Position numbers and translations under genes: made by a program. Below, piece after piece: positions 20,074 to 30,141 of a stretch of 64,000 bases of DNA (positions are counted from its first letter, which is position 1; every line of letters starts with the position of its first letter). Source of the stretch: an uncultured Chloroflexia bacterium (lineage in GTDB: Bacteria; Chloroflexota; Limnocylindria; Limnocylindrales; CSP1-4); contig CAVRGM010000002.1 of NCBI GenBank assembly GCA_963720715.1, positions 129,871 through 193,870 of the forward strand. The letters are read 5' to 3'. A model generated the notes under the pieces. That model was not told the origin of the DNA and did not search any database. It worked only from the letters and a program-made list of their open reading frames with translations.

Positions 20074-21189
20074 TCAGCCCGGCGCGGTCTCCGGTTCCGG
20101 TGGCGACCGCTCCCCCGCCACGTCCGCGGCATCGGCCAGGGCGTCCGCGCCGGCCGGTTCGTGTCGTGTCCGCGACAGCCGGATCGATGTGAACGGCACG
20201 CGGAACTGGCGGAAGACCTCGACCGAGACGAGGAACCCGCCGAACAGGAACAAGACCCCCAGGAACTTGCCCAGCTGGAACCACTCGGTCATCCCGAACC
20301 GGTTGAGCGTGTCGCCCAGCGTCGCGACGAAGGCGCCGATGGCGATGAGGATGGTGGCCGGGACCCGGCTGTGGAGGTTGCCGGCCAGCAGTGCCCGGAT
20401 CGCCCCGGGCAGCGACGCCACCAGGTTCACGGTGATCGCCACCGGCGCGATGATCAGGTTGAACAGGAACTCGTCACCGGGCTGGTTGGGATCGAGCGAG
20501 TAGGCCAGGACGCGACGTTTGGGCATGAACACATAGGTGGAGAAGATGGCGCCAAGGATCAGCGCGAATGCCCCGGTGATGTTGAGGAACGGGGTCAGCA
20601 GCCGGAGCTGTGGCGGGAAGAGTGTCGCGATCGGGGCCCCGGTCGCCGGATCGACGGCGTAGCCGGGGGCCGGCAGGGTCGTGGTCAGCATCAGCACGAC
20701 ACTGAGGGCCGTGGCGCCGACGACGGCCACCGCGGCCAGCGTCGGCCAGCGGTCATTGGCGAAGTAGGTCTCGACCGCGACGGCCAGGGCCAATAGCCCG
20801 GCTGCGATGAAGTACAGCAGCGGCAGCGTGCCGGCTCCGGCGTACTCCGGCTTGTTCCGGAGGAGGAACGTGAACAGGCCGGCCAGGAACAGGCACAGCG
20901 CGAAGCTGTAGCCGAAGCGCGTCCGGCCCAGCAGGTACGCCGTGCCCAGGCCTAGCCAGCCGGCGGTCCAGACCGCACCGGTCAGGTACCAGGTCCGATA
21001 CAGGCTCTCGTTCCAGCCGCTGGCCGCCGCGATGGCTTCGCAACCGGCACCCACGCCGTAGAACACCATCCCGATCGTCCAGATCAACTGGAACCCGCCG
21101 CGCCGCTCGCGCCACTGGTCGATCAGGGCGACCGCGAACGCCAGTGCAAGGATCGAGGTCAACCCCGGCAGGACGACCGCCGGGTTCAC
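20074..21189 (-). CDS. Polytopic integral membrane protein, function unknown
   Basis: 371 aa with about 10 hydrophobic helices. No recognisable catalytic motifs. Confidence 0.55.
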   Translation of the reverse strand: MNPAVVLPGLTSILALAFAVALIDQWRERRGGFQLIWTIGMVFYGVGAGCEAIAAASGWNESLYRTWYLTGAVWTAGWLGLGTAYLLGRTRFGYSFALCLFLAGLFTFLLRNKPEYAGAGTLPLLYFIAAGLLALAVAVETYFANDRWPTLAAVAVVGATALSVVLMLTTTLPAPGYAVDPATGAPIATLFPPQLRLLTPFLNITGAFALILGAIFSTYVFMPKRRVLAYSLDPNQPGDEFLFNLIIAPVAITVNLVASLPGAIRALLAGNLHSRVPATILIAIGAFVATLGDTLNRFGMTEWFQLGKFLGVLFLFGGFLVSVEVFRQFRVPFTSIRLSRTRHEPAGADALADAADVAGERSPPEPETAPG

Positions 21190-21821
21190 GCGGTGGCCCT
21201 CTGGTAGGTGTCGATCAATCGGAGAAGCAGGCGGTCGAGCAGGCCGGAGGCATCCTCGTACAGGGTCGCCAGCCTGGCCGCATCCAGTGTCCGGCGCCGG
21301 CCCAGCCCCGTGAGTGCGTCGAGGAACGGCCGGCGAGCGGCGACGAATAGTGCGACGGCCTCCGTCAGGCTCGTGCCGGAGGCAGCCAGTCGACGCGCGA
21401 GGTCATCCACGAGAGCGGTCGCGCCGACCTCGGTGCGGTTCCGGCTAGCCGTGTCGTCCGCGTCGGCATCCAGGTGCGCGACGAGGATCTCCACGAGTCG
21501 TCGCCCGTCTCGTCGATAGCGCTCGCGGGTCACGTCATCGAGGACGCTCGCGCCGGGCTCGCCGGCGTCGGCGGCATAACGGCGTTGGTACGCACGGTTC
21601 ACGCGCTCCGGACTCGCACCGAGGCTGGCCAGCGGGCGGGCGCCCGGACGTCGCGTCGTCACCAGCCGCTCGATCGCCCGACGCTCGAATCGTCGATGAC
21701 CGCCGGGCGTGACGTAGGCCTGGATCCGGCCCTCGTCAGCCCAGCGCCGGAGCGTGTCGGGATCGACGCCCACGAGACGGCTCGCCGGTCCGAGCGACAG
21801 CCAGGTGGCTGGCTCTGGCAT
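21186..21821 (-). CDS. MerR/excisionase-family HTH transcriptional regulator
   Basis: ATG at 21821. HTH region LSLGPASRLVGVDPDTLRRWADEGRIQAY. Confidence 0.7.
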   Translation of the reverse strand: MPEPATWLSLGPASRLVGVDPDTLRRWADEGRIQAYVTPGGHRRFERRAIERLVTTRRPGARPLASLGASPERVNRAYQRRYAADAGEPGASVLDDVTRERYRRDGRRLVEILVAHLDADADDTASRNRTEVGATALVDDLARRLAASGTSLTEAVALFVAARRPFLDALTGLGRRRTLDAARLATLYEDASGLLDRLLLRLIDTYQRATA

Positions 21822-21988
21822 CGGCGACCGCCCGGCAGGAGTCGTACCGTGACGGGGCAGATCGGGCAACGGGCGCCTCGAAGTGGAATCTAGGCGAATC
21901 TAGGCATCGACCGAAATCTCAACCGGCCGGAGGATAGGCGTCACCAGCCGACCCTGTCAAACCATCGCGAACCTGAGCGATCAGGGCC

Positions 21989-22342
21989 TCAGGCGGGGAC
22001 GAACTCGTGGTCGTCGCGGTGGATCCCGTCGCACAGTCCAAGCGTCGGCGGATCCGTCGGGACCGGCACCGGTCGCATGATCTCGCGGACCTGACCACGC
22101 TGGCAGAACAGGTAGCCCCGGTCGGCCATCCAGCGTCGGACGTGGCTCGGATCGCCATGGAACTGGAACGGACCCGGGTTGATGGCCGGCCGCATGGTCC
22201 AATCGACCGGGGACTCGGCGGCGACGATGTCGAGGAGATTGATCCGCCAGGGTGTCCCGTCGATGATCTCGAGGCAGCCGTCACAGCGGGTCGCCACGTT
22301 GTCCTTGACGATCGTCCGGATGTGGATGCCCATGATCTCCAT
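21989..22342 (-). CDS. Conserved hypothetical Cys4 protein
   Basis: ATG at 22342 (MEIMGIH). The longer ORF start would overlap the tRNA. Four Cys residues (CDGC...FCQ...LCDG). Confidence 0.45.
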   Translation of the reverse strand: MEIMGIHIRTIVKDNVATRCDGCLEIIDGTPWRINLLDIVAAESPVDWTMRPAINPGPFQFHGDPSHVRRWMADRGYLFCQRGQVREIMRPVPVPTDPPTLGLCDGIHRDDHEFVPA

Positions 22343-22363
22343 GCCGGCCGATGGTAGCAGCAG

Positions 22364-22440
22364 TGGTACCCCCAAGGGGATTCGAACCCCTGATCTCCAC
22401 CTTGAAAGGGTGGCGTCCTAGGCCTCTAGACGATGGGGGC
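22364..22440 (-). tRNA. tRNA-Glu (anticodon TTC) with encoded CCA
   Basis: The reverse complement reads GCCCCCATCGTCTAGAGGCCTAGGACGCCACCCTTTCAAGGTGGAGATCAGGGGTTCGAATCCCCTTGGGGGTACCA, with T-loop GGTTCGAATCC and anticodon loop CTTTCAA. Confidence 0.9.
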
Positions 22441-22467
22441 AAGGGCGCCGGGCGAGTCTACCAGCGC

Positions 22468-22800
22468 TCAGCCAGACTGCGACAGCAGGAACAGGATCAA
22501 CGCGCCGGCGATGCAGCCGAAACCGACGATCGCCGCGATCCCGCCGCCGATGCCCAGGCCCAGGGCCTGACCGTTGCGGCCGGCGATGCCGGCCCGCCAG
22601 GTGGCCCGCAGGGCGTACGTCGCGAGGGCGAGAAAGACGATGCCGAGGGCCACCCCACCGGCCGCGAGCAACGGGATCTGCGAGGCGTCCCGGACGGTGA
22701 CGGCATAGAGCGCGAAGGCGACCGACCCCAGGAGGGCGACACCGAGGAAGACGGCGCCGGGTGTGATCCGGAGACCCGATCGTTGCGGTCGAGCGGTCAC
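22468..22800 (-). CDS. Small membrane protein (3 TM)
   Basis: 110 aa, hydrophobic and Gly/Ala-rich. Its start overlaps the stop of the next minus-strand ORF. Confidence 0.45.
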   Translation of the reverse strand: MTARPQRSGLRITPGAVFLGVALLGSVAFALYAVTVRDASQIPLLAAGGVALGIVFLALATYALRATWRAGIAGRNGQALGLGIGGGIAAIVGFGCIAGALILFLLSQSG

Positions 22801-23408
22801 GCTGCGACTCCCATCGTCCGGTGATAGATGGCCACGTTGTACGACAGGCGCGGCCGATTGAGACCACGGGCGACCGCCCGCCCCGCCTCACCGAACGCTT
22901 CCCCGAGAAAGCTGCCCGCCTCGTCGAGTGAGCCGAACGTCCAGAAGCAGTGGACCACCCGGACCTTGGAGCCACCGCGCAGGAACGGCCCATCGCGCCG
23001 GCTGAGGCGGCCATACTCCGGGCGATCGCCGCGCAGATGGGATACGTCGTCCCGGCCGTAGTCCAGCACGACGAGCAGTCGGCCTCCGGGACGCAGGACG
23101 CGGGCCGCCTCGGCGACCTCGAGGTCGGTCAGGCCCATGAACGGGCCCCACAGGCTGAGCAGCACGTCGGCGCTGGCGTCGGGCGCGTTGATACCGCCCG
23201 GTCCGTTCGCGGTCGCGAACGAAACCCGGCCGCCGAGCTCCGTGAGTTGCCGGGCTCGGATCCCATCGGTACCGTCCAGAAGCAGGATGTCGCGTCCCCC
23301 GACCGGCCCCAGCGCGTCCAGCGTCCGTGGGATCTTCGCTTCGACATCGAGCGAGAGGGCCAGTCGCTCGGCGAGCCCCTTCGCAAGGTCGATGGGTAGA
23401 TCAGCCAC
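22797..23408 (-). CDS. SAM-dependent methyltransferase-like protein (degenerate motif I)
   Basis: GTG at 23408. DILLLDGTDG and VLRPGGRLLVV motifs. Confidence 0.5.
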   Translation of the reverse strand: MADLPIDLAKGLAERLALSLDVEAKIPRTLDALGPVGGRDILLLDGTDGIRARQLTELGGRVSFATANGPGGINAPDASADVLLSLWGPFMGLTDLEVAEAARVLRPGGRLLVVLDYGRDDVSHLRGDRPEYGRLSRRDGPFLRGGSKVRVVHCFWTFGSLDEAGSFLGEAFGEAGRAVARGLNRPRLSYNVAIYHRTMGVAA

Positions 23409-23611
23409 AGGGCGGGAGTATGACCTATCGGCACTCAGGACAACCCGCGGCGGGCGACAAGGTTGCGATCTTGGCCCGCGCCACCGCCGTATTGACACCG
23501 CGCCGCGTCGATTGGTACCGTCCATAAACCGGTTTGCTAAACCGCTTTTCCTGTCGCCACGATCTGGGCAGGCAGGGGTTGCGGTGGTCGCACGTCGGTG
23601 TCGGAGGAGCC

Positions 23612-24685
23612 GTGCAGGCGACCACGCGCCGCACCACGATCGCTGATGTGGCCAAGGCGGCCGGCGTATCAAAGACCGCAGTCTCGTTCGCCTTCAATTC
23701 GCCCGCCCGCCTGAGCGGCGACACGGTCCGACACATCCGAACGGTTGCAGTGGAACTGCACTATCGCCCGCATCCGATCGCCAGATCGTTGGCCCAACGT
23801 CGGACCTGGACGATCGGGGTGCTGACGCCCCAGGCCCTGGATCTGACCTTCAGCAATCCGTACCACGCTCTCTTCACGGCGGGGGTCGCCGCGGAGTCGG
23901 AGCGGGCCGGTTACGCCCTTCAATTCATCTCGCCGCTGCATGGTTCGCTGGCGCGGGCCATCGACCGGGCGACCGTCGACGGGATCATCGCCGTCGGCCT
24001 GTCGGCCGCCCATCCGGAAGTCGGACGGATCCGGCGGTCGGGGATGCGGCTCGTCGTCGTTGACTCGGCCGAGACCGATGACGAGCCCAGCATCTCGGTC
24101 GACAACGAAGGCGGCGGCCGGGCGGCCGCCCGGCACCTGCTCGAACTCGGCCATCGCGAATTCCTGATCATCAGCGTCGAGCCGCCAGCCGGTTCGGGTG
24201 GTCGGCCATCTGCGATCGCCACGCTCCGGATGCGCGGCTACGAAAGCGTCCTGCGAGAGGCCGGGATCGAGCTCCGCGACGAGAACGTGGTCATCGCGCC
24301 GACCACGATCGAGGGTGGGCGGGGCGCGCTCCACGCTGCCTGGGAGGACGGCCTCCGACCGACGGCCATCCTGGCCATGAGTGACGTGACGGCCATCGGC
24401 GCCCTGCATGCGGCACGCGAACTGCGGATCGAGGTGCCGGCCGCATTGTCGATCGTGGGCTTCGACGACCTTGAATTCGCCCAGTACACCGATCCGGCCC
24501 TGACCACGGTCCATCAGCCGATCCGAAGAAAAGGCGAGGAAGCGGTCCGCCTGCTCTTGCATAGCCCGCGTGAGGGCGAACAGGCGCGATCCGACCACCG
24601 CCGCCTTGATGTCCACCTGGTCATCCGGGAGTCGACCGGCCGGCCGACCCCATCGCTCAAGGAGGTGAGCGTCAACAAGAGCTGA
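23612..24685 (+). CDS. LacI-family transcriptional regulator
   Basis: GTG at 23612 follows a GGAGGAG ribosome-binding site. HTH TIADVAKAAGVSKTAVSFAFN, followed by a periplasmic-binding-protein-like sugar-binding core. Confidence 0.85.
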   Translation: MQATTRRTTIADVAKAAGVSKTAVSFAFNSPARLSGDTVRHIRTVAVELHYRPHPIARSLAQRRTWTIGVLTPQALDLTFSNPYHALFTAGVAAESERAGYALQFISPLHGSLARAIDRATVDGIIAVGLSAAHPEVGRIRRSGMRLVVVDSAETDDEPSISVDNEGGGRAAARHLLELGHREFLIISVEPPAGSGGRPSAIATLRMRGYESVLREAGIELRDENVVIAPTTIEGGRGALHAAWEDGLRPTAILAMSDVTAIGALHAARELRIEVPAALSIVGFDDLEFAQYTDPALTTVHQPIRRKGEEAVRLLLHSPREGEQARSDHRRLDVHLVIRESTGRPTPSLKEVSVNKS

Positions 24686-24749
24686 TGACAGCGGACCGAT
24701 CTGACGATCGGGACCGACCGATCAAACGGAGAGTATCGGAGGAGCAAAG

Positions 24750-26048
24750 ATGATCGGCAAACGTGCCAAGGCAGCGGCGGTCATGGGCTTGACCCTGATC
24801 GTCGCCGCCTGCAGCAGCAGCGCCGCCTCGACGGCGCCTGAAACCAGCACCGCTCCGGTGTCGCAGCCACCGGTGGCGTCCGAGCCGGCGGCCAGCCAGC
24901 CGGCGGCCGAGACCGAGGTCCTGCGCATCTGGGCGGATGAAAAGCGCGCGACGGCGCTCAAGCCGCTCGCCGAACAGTTCGCGGCGGACAACGGGGTCGA
25001 GGTCAAGATCGAGGCCATCGCCAAGGACATCATCCCGGCCTTCCTGACTGCGAGCCAGGCCGGCACGGCGCCAGACATCGTTGTCTGGGCCCATGACGTC
25101 GTCGGTCAGCTCGTGGCCAACGGCGCGATCGATCCGGTCCAGCTGGCCGACACGTCCGGCTTCGACCCACTCGCCATCCAGGGCATGACCTTCGACGGTC
25201 AGCTGTACGGGATCCCGTACTCCGTCGAGAACATCGCCTTGTTCATCAACACGGACCTCGTGCCCGAATGCCCGGCCACGATGGAAGACCTGGTGACGAC
25301 CGGCAAGCAACTCGCCAAGGACGGCAAGACCAAGGAGATCCTCGCGCTGCAGAGCGGACAGTCGGGTGATGCCTATCACATCTACCCGGTCTTTTCGTCC
25401 GGCGGCGGATCGTTCTTCGGCGCCAACGCCAACGGCGACCCGGATCCGACCAACGTGACCGTCGATTCACCGGAATCGATCGCGGCCGGCGAACTCATCG
25501 GCTCGATCGGTGAGAAGGGCGACAAGGCCCTGAAGACGTCGATCGACAACACCAACGCCATCCCCTTGTTCGCCGATCAGAAGACGGCGTTCCTCGTTTC
25601 CGGCCCGTGGGCTGTCGCCGACATCAAGGCTGCCGGGGTCAACTACGACATCTGCCCCATCCCCATGTGGGCTGATGGCGGACCGGCCGGTCCATTCATC
25701 GGGGTCAATGGCTTCTACCTGTCGAGTGGAGGCAAGAACAAGGCGCTGGCCCAGGAGTTCGCCACGAACTTCCTGACCACCAATGACGTCCAGGTCGCCT
25801 TCTACAAGGCAGAGCCTCGGCGCCCCGCGCTGATCTCGGCCGTCGACCAGGTCAAGGCGACCGACCCCGACATCGAGAAGTTCCAGGCCGCCAGCGCCGG
25901 CGGCACGATCCTTCCGGGCATCCCGGAGATGGGCCAGGTCTGGGGACCGTTCGGGGTCGCCGAGGCCGCCATCATCAAGGGTCAGGACGCGAAGACAGCC
26001 CTCGAGGCTGCTGCCAAGGCCATCCGGGACGGCATCGCCTCCCAGTAG
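24750..26048 (+). CDS. Maltose/maltodextrin-type ABC substrate-binding lipoprotein
   Basis: Ribosome-binding site GGAGG; lipobox LIVAACSS. MalE-like fold. Confidence 0.9.
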   Translation: MIGKRAKAAAVMGLTLIVAACSSSAASTAPETSTAPVSQPPVASEPAASQPAAETEVLRIWADEKRATALKPLAEQFAADNGVEVKIEAIAKDIIPAFLTASQAGTAPDIVVWAHDVVGQLVANGAIDPVQLADTSGFDPLAIQGMTFDGQLYGIPYSVENIALFINTDLVPECPATMEDLVTTGKQLAKDGKTKEILALQSGQSGDAYHIYPVFSSGGGSFFGANANGDPDPTNVTVDSPESIAAGELIGSIGEKGDKALKTSIDNTNAIPLFADQKTAFLVSGPWAVADIKAAGVNYDICPIPMWADGGPAGPFIGVNGFYLSSGGKNKALAQEFATNFLTTNDVQVAFYKAEPRRPALISAVDQVKATDPDIEKFQAASAGGTILPGIPEMGQVWGPFGVAEAAIIKGQDAKTALEAAAKAIRDGIASQ

Positions 26049-26126
26049 CCTGTTCGACCGCGACCGGATGCCGCCCTCGGGCGGCATCCGGCATCGTCTC
26101 TGGATCCGAGCCCAAGGAGCCACCAG

Positions 26127-27698
26127 ATGACCGCGCCGCCGAGGAACCGAGGGTGGGGCCTGAACGCCGCCAGCACGTCTGGCATCCTCCTCAAGATCAT
26201 CCTGCTCGCGGTCATCACCGCGATCGCCATCTGGCTGGCCGTTCCGCTCATCTCGACGGAGATGTGGGTGCCATTGATCGTCGTCGTCGTGACGACGGTC
26301 CTGCTGTACGTCATCTTCCTGCAGCCCTGGCACATCCCGATCAAGTACATCATCCCGGGCACGATCTTCCTGATCGCGTTCCAGGTCATCCCGGTCATCT
26401 TCACCGCAAGCACCGCGTTCACCAATTTCGGTGATGGCCATCGGGGGACCAAGGACGAAGCCATCCGCTCCATCGAGTCGGGCTCCGTCCAGGCCGTCCC
26501 CGGCTCGACCGAATACGTCCTGAGCATCGCCGCCCGGCTCGATCCGGCGGTCGGCGATCTCGTCTTCCTGCTGGTCGACCCAGTCACGAAGGTCGCGCAG
26601 CAGGGCGACGCCGACGGGCTGACCCCCTTCCCGGACGCCCAGCTCAACGAGCGCGGCAAGGTCACGGTCGCCCCGCAAGGGCTGGTCCTGCTGACCGCGA
26701 GCCAGGTCGCCGCACGATCGGTCGAACTCGAATCGTTCGCCGTGCCGACGGAGCAGGGCGCGATCAAGAGCCAGGGACTCAGTCGAGCCTACGAGGGCCG
26801 ACCGACGCGACAGTACGCCGAAGCCTGCGACTGCATCACGGGTGCGGTATCGGGCGAAGTGTGGACGGCCGACAATTCCGTCGGATCGTTCACTGATGCG
26901 ACGGGCAAGTCGTTGCCCCAGGGCTGGCAGGTCAACGTCGGGTTCTCGAACTTCACCCGTGCGTTCACCGACCCGGCGATCTCCGGTCCGTTCCTGAGCA
27001 TCCTGACCTGGAACTTCGCCTTCGCCTTCCTGTCGGTGATCATCACCTTCGTCGCCGGCCTGCTCGTCGCGATGGCCTTGAACTCGCCCGACCTTCGGGC
27101 GCTTCGGTTTTACCGCGTCCTGATCGTGTTGCCCTACGCGATGCCGTCGTTCGCGATGCTCCTGGTCTGGCGAGACATGTTCAATCAGGACTTCGGGCTG
27201 CTGAACAACCTGACCGGCCAGCACATCAACTGGTTCGGAGAGGTGTGGACCGCTCGGTTCGCGATCCTGTTCATCCAGTTCTGGCTGGGCTATCCGTACA
27301 TGTTCCTGGTCTGCCTCGGCGCGCTCCAGTCGATCCCGCAAGACCTGACAGAAGCCGCGGCCGTCGACGGCGCCAAGCGATACCAGGCGTTCCGGGCCGT
27401 GGTCTTCCCCTTGCTGTTGATCGCCGTCGCACCGTTGCTCATCGCATCGTTCGCGTTCAACTTCAACAACTTCAACATCATCGCGCTGACGACGAACGGC
27501 GGGCCATTCCCGCCCGATAACCCCAGAGCCGGCGCCACCGACCTCCTGGTCAGCCTCGTCTACAAACTCGCCTTCGCCTCCGGCGGAGCGCAGTACGGCT
27601 TCGCCGCGGCCGTGTCCATCCTCATCTTCATGATCGTCGCCGCCGTGTCCATCATCGGATTCCGCCGGACGGCAGCCCTTGAGGAGATCAACCGATGA
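26127..27698 (+). CDS. Sugar ABC permease, MalF-like (long N-terminal periplasmic loop)
   Basis: EAA-type permease signature (EAAAVDGA...FRAVVFP). 523 aa. Confidence 0.9.
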   Translation: MTAPPRNRGWGLNAASTSGILLKIILLAVITAIAIWLAVPLISTEMWVPLIVVVVTTVLLYVIFLQPWHIPIKYIIPGTIFLIAFQVIPVIFTASTAFTNFGDGHRGTKDEAIRSIESGSVQAVPGSTEYVLSIAARLDPAVGDLVFLLVDPVTKVAQQGDADGLTPFPDAQLNERGKVTVAPQGLVLLTASQVAARSVELESFAVPTEQGAIKSQGLSRAYEGRPTRQYAEACDCITGAVSGEVWTADNSVGSFTDATGKSLPQGWQVNVGFSNFTRAFTDPAISGPFLSILTWNFAFAFLSVIITFVAGLLVAMALNSPDLRALRFYRVLIVLPYAMPSFAMLLVWRDMFNQDFGLLNNLTGQHINWFGEVWTARFAILFIQFWLGYPYMFLVCLGALQSIPQDLTEAAAVDGAKRYQAFRAVVFPLLLIAVAPLLIASFAFNFNNFNIIALTTNGGPFPPDNPRAGATDLLVSLVYKLAFASGGAQYGFAAAVSILIFMIVAAVSIIGFRRTAALEEINR

Positions 27699-28546
27699 CC
27701 GGTCAAACGTGGTTCGGGCGCGTCGGTTGGCGTCATCTGGTGGCCATCGGGGCCTGCATCTTCGCCCTGTTCCCGATCGTCTTCGTCGTTTCGGCCGCGT
27801 TCAACCCGCTGGGCACCCTGAGTTCGAGCAAGCTGATCCCGACGGGTGCGAGCCTGGTCAACTTCGATGCCCTGTTCAACCGGACGGGGTTCACCCACTG
27901 GTTCCTCAATTCGATCGTGATCGCGGGCTTCGCGGCGGTCTTCTCGTTGGCACTCTCGGCCTTCGCCGCGTACGCCTTCTCGCGCTTCCGGTTCTCCGGT
28001 CGACGACCGGGGCTCCTGTTCCTGCTGATCATCCAGATGTTCCCGCAGTTCCTGGCGATCGTGACCATCTACATCATGTTCACGACCATCACCGACCTGT
28101 ATCCGCCGATCGGTTTCAACACGTCGTGGAGCCTGATCCTGCTGTACATGGGCGGCGCCCTCGGGGTCAACACGTGGCTGATCAAGGGTTTCTTCGACAC
28201 CGTCCCGATCGAACTCGACGAGTCGGCCAAGGTGGACGGGGCGTCGCACACCACGACGTTCTTCCGGATCATCCTGCCGCTGGTCATCCCGATCCTGGCC
28301 GTCGTCGGCGTCCTGTCGTTCATCGCCGCGATCAACGAGTTCCTGATGGCCAGCGTGTTCCTGACCCAGGACGAGAGCAAGACCCTTGCGGTCGGACTGT
28401 ACGGGCTCGTCTCCGGCGAACGGAATGCCAACTTCGGGATCTTCGCGGCGGGCACGCTCCTGACCGCCATCCCGACCGTCGTCCTGTTCTTCTCACTCCA
28501 GCGATACATCGTCGGTGGCCTGACCTCCGGAGCGGTCAAGGGCTGA
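27695..28546 (+). CDS. Sugar ABC permease, MalG-like
   Basis: ATGA overlap with the malF-like gene. EAA-type motif ELDESAKVDGA. Confidence 0.9.
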   Translation: MTGQTWFGRVGWRHLVAIGACIFALFPIVFVVSAAFNPLGTLSSSKLIPTGASLVNFDALFNRTGFTHWFLNSIVIAGFAAVFSLALSAFAAYAFSRFRFSGRRPGLLFLLIIQMFPQFLAIVTIYIMFTTITDLYPPIGFNTSWSLILLYMGGALGVNTWLIKGFFDTVPIELDESAKVDGASHTTTFFRIILPLVIPILAVVGVLSFIAAINEFLMASVFLTQDESKTLAVGLYGLVSGERNANFGIFAAGTLLTAIPTVVLFFSLQRYIVGGLTSGAVKG

Positions 28547-28572
28547 GCGCGACTGGCCACGGGAGGCGTCCG

Positions 28573-30138
28573 ATGCTCGAACCCGTAAGGGGCGAGTCGT
28601 GGACGCCTGCCTGGGTCCGCGACGCGATCTTCTACCAGATCTTCCCGGACCGGTTCGCTCGAAGTGACCGGGTCGCCAAACCCGGGCCACTCGAGTCGTG
28701 GGATTCGCCACCGACCGTCCACGGCTTCAAGGGCGGCGACCTTCTGGGTGTCGTCGAGCATCTCGATCACATCCAGGCCATCGGCGCCAACGCCATCTAC
28801 TTCACGCCGATCTTCCAATCGGCATCGAACCATCGGTACCACACCTTCGATTACCGGTCGGTCGACCCGCTGCTCGGTGGCGACGCGGCGCTCCGCGAAC
28901 TCATCGATGCCTGTCACGACCGTGGGATCCGGGTCGTGCTCGATGGCGTGTTCAACCACGCCAGTCGTGGGTTCTGGCCGTTCCATCACGTCATGGAGAC
29001 GGGCAAGTCATCGCCCTACCGGGACTGGTTCTTCTTCGACGAGGCCGCGCTGGAAGCCGGCCGCCAGCTTCGCGCCTATCCGGAGGAGTCGACGACGCAG
29101 GACATCGCGACGATCGAGGAGACGCACCGGGAGGGCCTCGCATCGAAGGCTCGGTTCGGCTACCAAGCCTGGTGGGGACTGCCGGCTTTGCCGAAGTTGA
29201 ACACCGACCACCCGGACGTGCGGGCGTACCTGCTCGATGTCGCCGAAGCCTGGCTGCGGTTCGGCATCGACGGCTGGCGACTGGACGTGGCCAATGAGGT
29301 ACCGGCCGACTTCTGGCGCGTCTTCCGGCAGCGGGTCAAGGCCGTCAAGCCCGATGCCTATATCGTGGCGGAGATCTGGCACGAGGCGCCCGACGACCTG
29401 CGCGGCGATATGTACGACGCGCAGATGCACTACGAGCTCGGGGCGGCGATCACGTCGTTCGTCGGTGTCGGCCGACATGACCGGCGAGTCGTCGACCAGC
29501 ATCCGACCGTCGCCGCGGCGGTCCGGGAAGATGATGCGGCCCAGTTCGCGGCGAGACTCGAGCGCGCCTTCTCGATCAACGACCCGGCCTGCACATACGT
29601 GCAGCTCAATCTGCTGGGCAGCCACGACACACCCCGGTTCCTGTCGATGGTCGGCGGCGATACCGACTCCCTCCGTCTGGCGACGCTCATCCAGATGACC
29701 GTGCCGGGCGCGCCGTCGATCTACTACGGGGACGAGATCGGGATGCTCGGCGAGCTGGACCCGGGCAGCCGGGCGGCATTCCCATGGGATCGGCCGGACA
29801 CCTGGGATCGTGCCCTGCAGGCCTACGTCGGCGGGGCGGCGGCGACACGTCGCGCCAACCCGGTCCTTCGGCAGGGGTCGTTCCAGATCCTGGCGGCGCA
29901 GGACCAGGTCATCGCCTACCTTCGGAGGTTCGAGGGTCGCCACGCGTTGATCACCGTCAACGCGGGCGACGTCGGGCGGCGACTGGCGATCACGCTCCCT
30001 GATATGGACGGGCACGAGTTCCGACCCGAACGATGGGCGGGGATGACCGGACCGACGATGGGCCCGGTCACGGTCGAGTCCGGGCGCGTCGAACTCGATC
30101 TCGCGCCGCGCGACGGCGCGGTCTGGCTTGCCGACTAG
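28573..30138 (+). CDS. GH13 alpha-amylase-family enzyme (alpha-glucosidase / maltodextrin glucosidase-like)
   Basis: ATG at 28573 after a GGGAGG ribosome-binding site. GH13 regions I-IV (DGVFNH, GWRLDVANE, EIWH, NLLGSHD). Confidence 0.9.
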   Translation: MLEPVRGESWTPAWVRDAIFYQIFPDRFARSDRVAKPGPLESWDSPPTVHGFKGGDLLGVVEHLDHIQAIGANAIYFTPIFQSASNHRYHTFDYRSVDPLLGGDAALRELIDACHDRGIRVVLDGVFNHASRGFWPFHHVMETGKSSPYRDWFFFDEAALEAGRQLRAYPEESTTQDIATIEETHREGLASKARFGYQAWWGLPALPKLNTDHPDVRAYLLDVAEAWLRFGIDGWRLDVANEVPADFWRVFRQRVKAVKPDAYIVAEIWHEAPDDLRGDMYDAQMHYELGAAITSFVGVGRHDRRVVDQHPTVAAAVREDDAAQFAARLERAFSINDPACTYVQLNLLGSHDTPRFLSMVGGDTDSLRLATLIQMTVPGAPSIYYGDEIGMLGELDPGSRAAFPWDRPDTWDRALQAYVGGAAATRRANPVLRQGSFQILAAQDQVIAYLRRFEGRHALITVNAGDVGRRLAITLPDMDGHEFRPERWAGMTGPTMGPVTVESGRVELDLAPRDGAVWLAD

Positions 30139-30141
30139 GCG

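Noticed and set aside
22364-23408. Possible integrated element at tRNA-Glu
   Set aside because: There is no integrase, recombinase or duplicated tRNA 3' end downstream. The neighbouring genes are small membrane and methyltransferase-like proteins.
25467-27341. 624-aa minus-strand ORF across the malE/malF-like genes
   Set aside because: Antisense shadow ORF that is Arg/Asp/Gly-rich. The sense strand encodes a canonical substrate-binding protein and permease.
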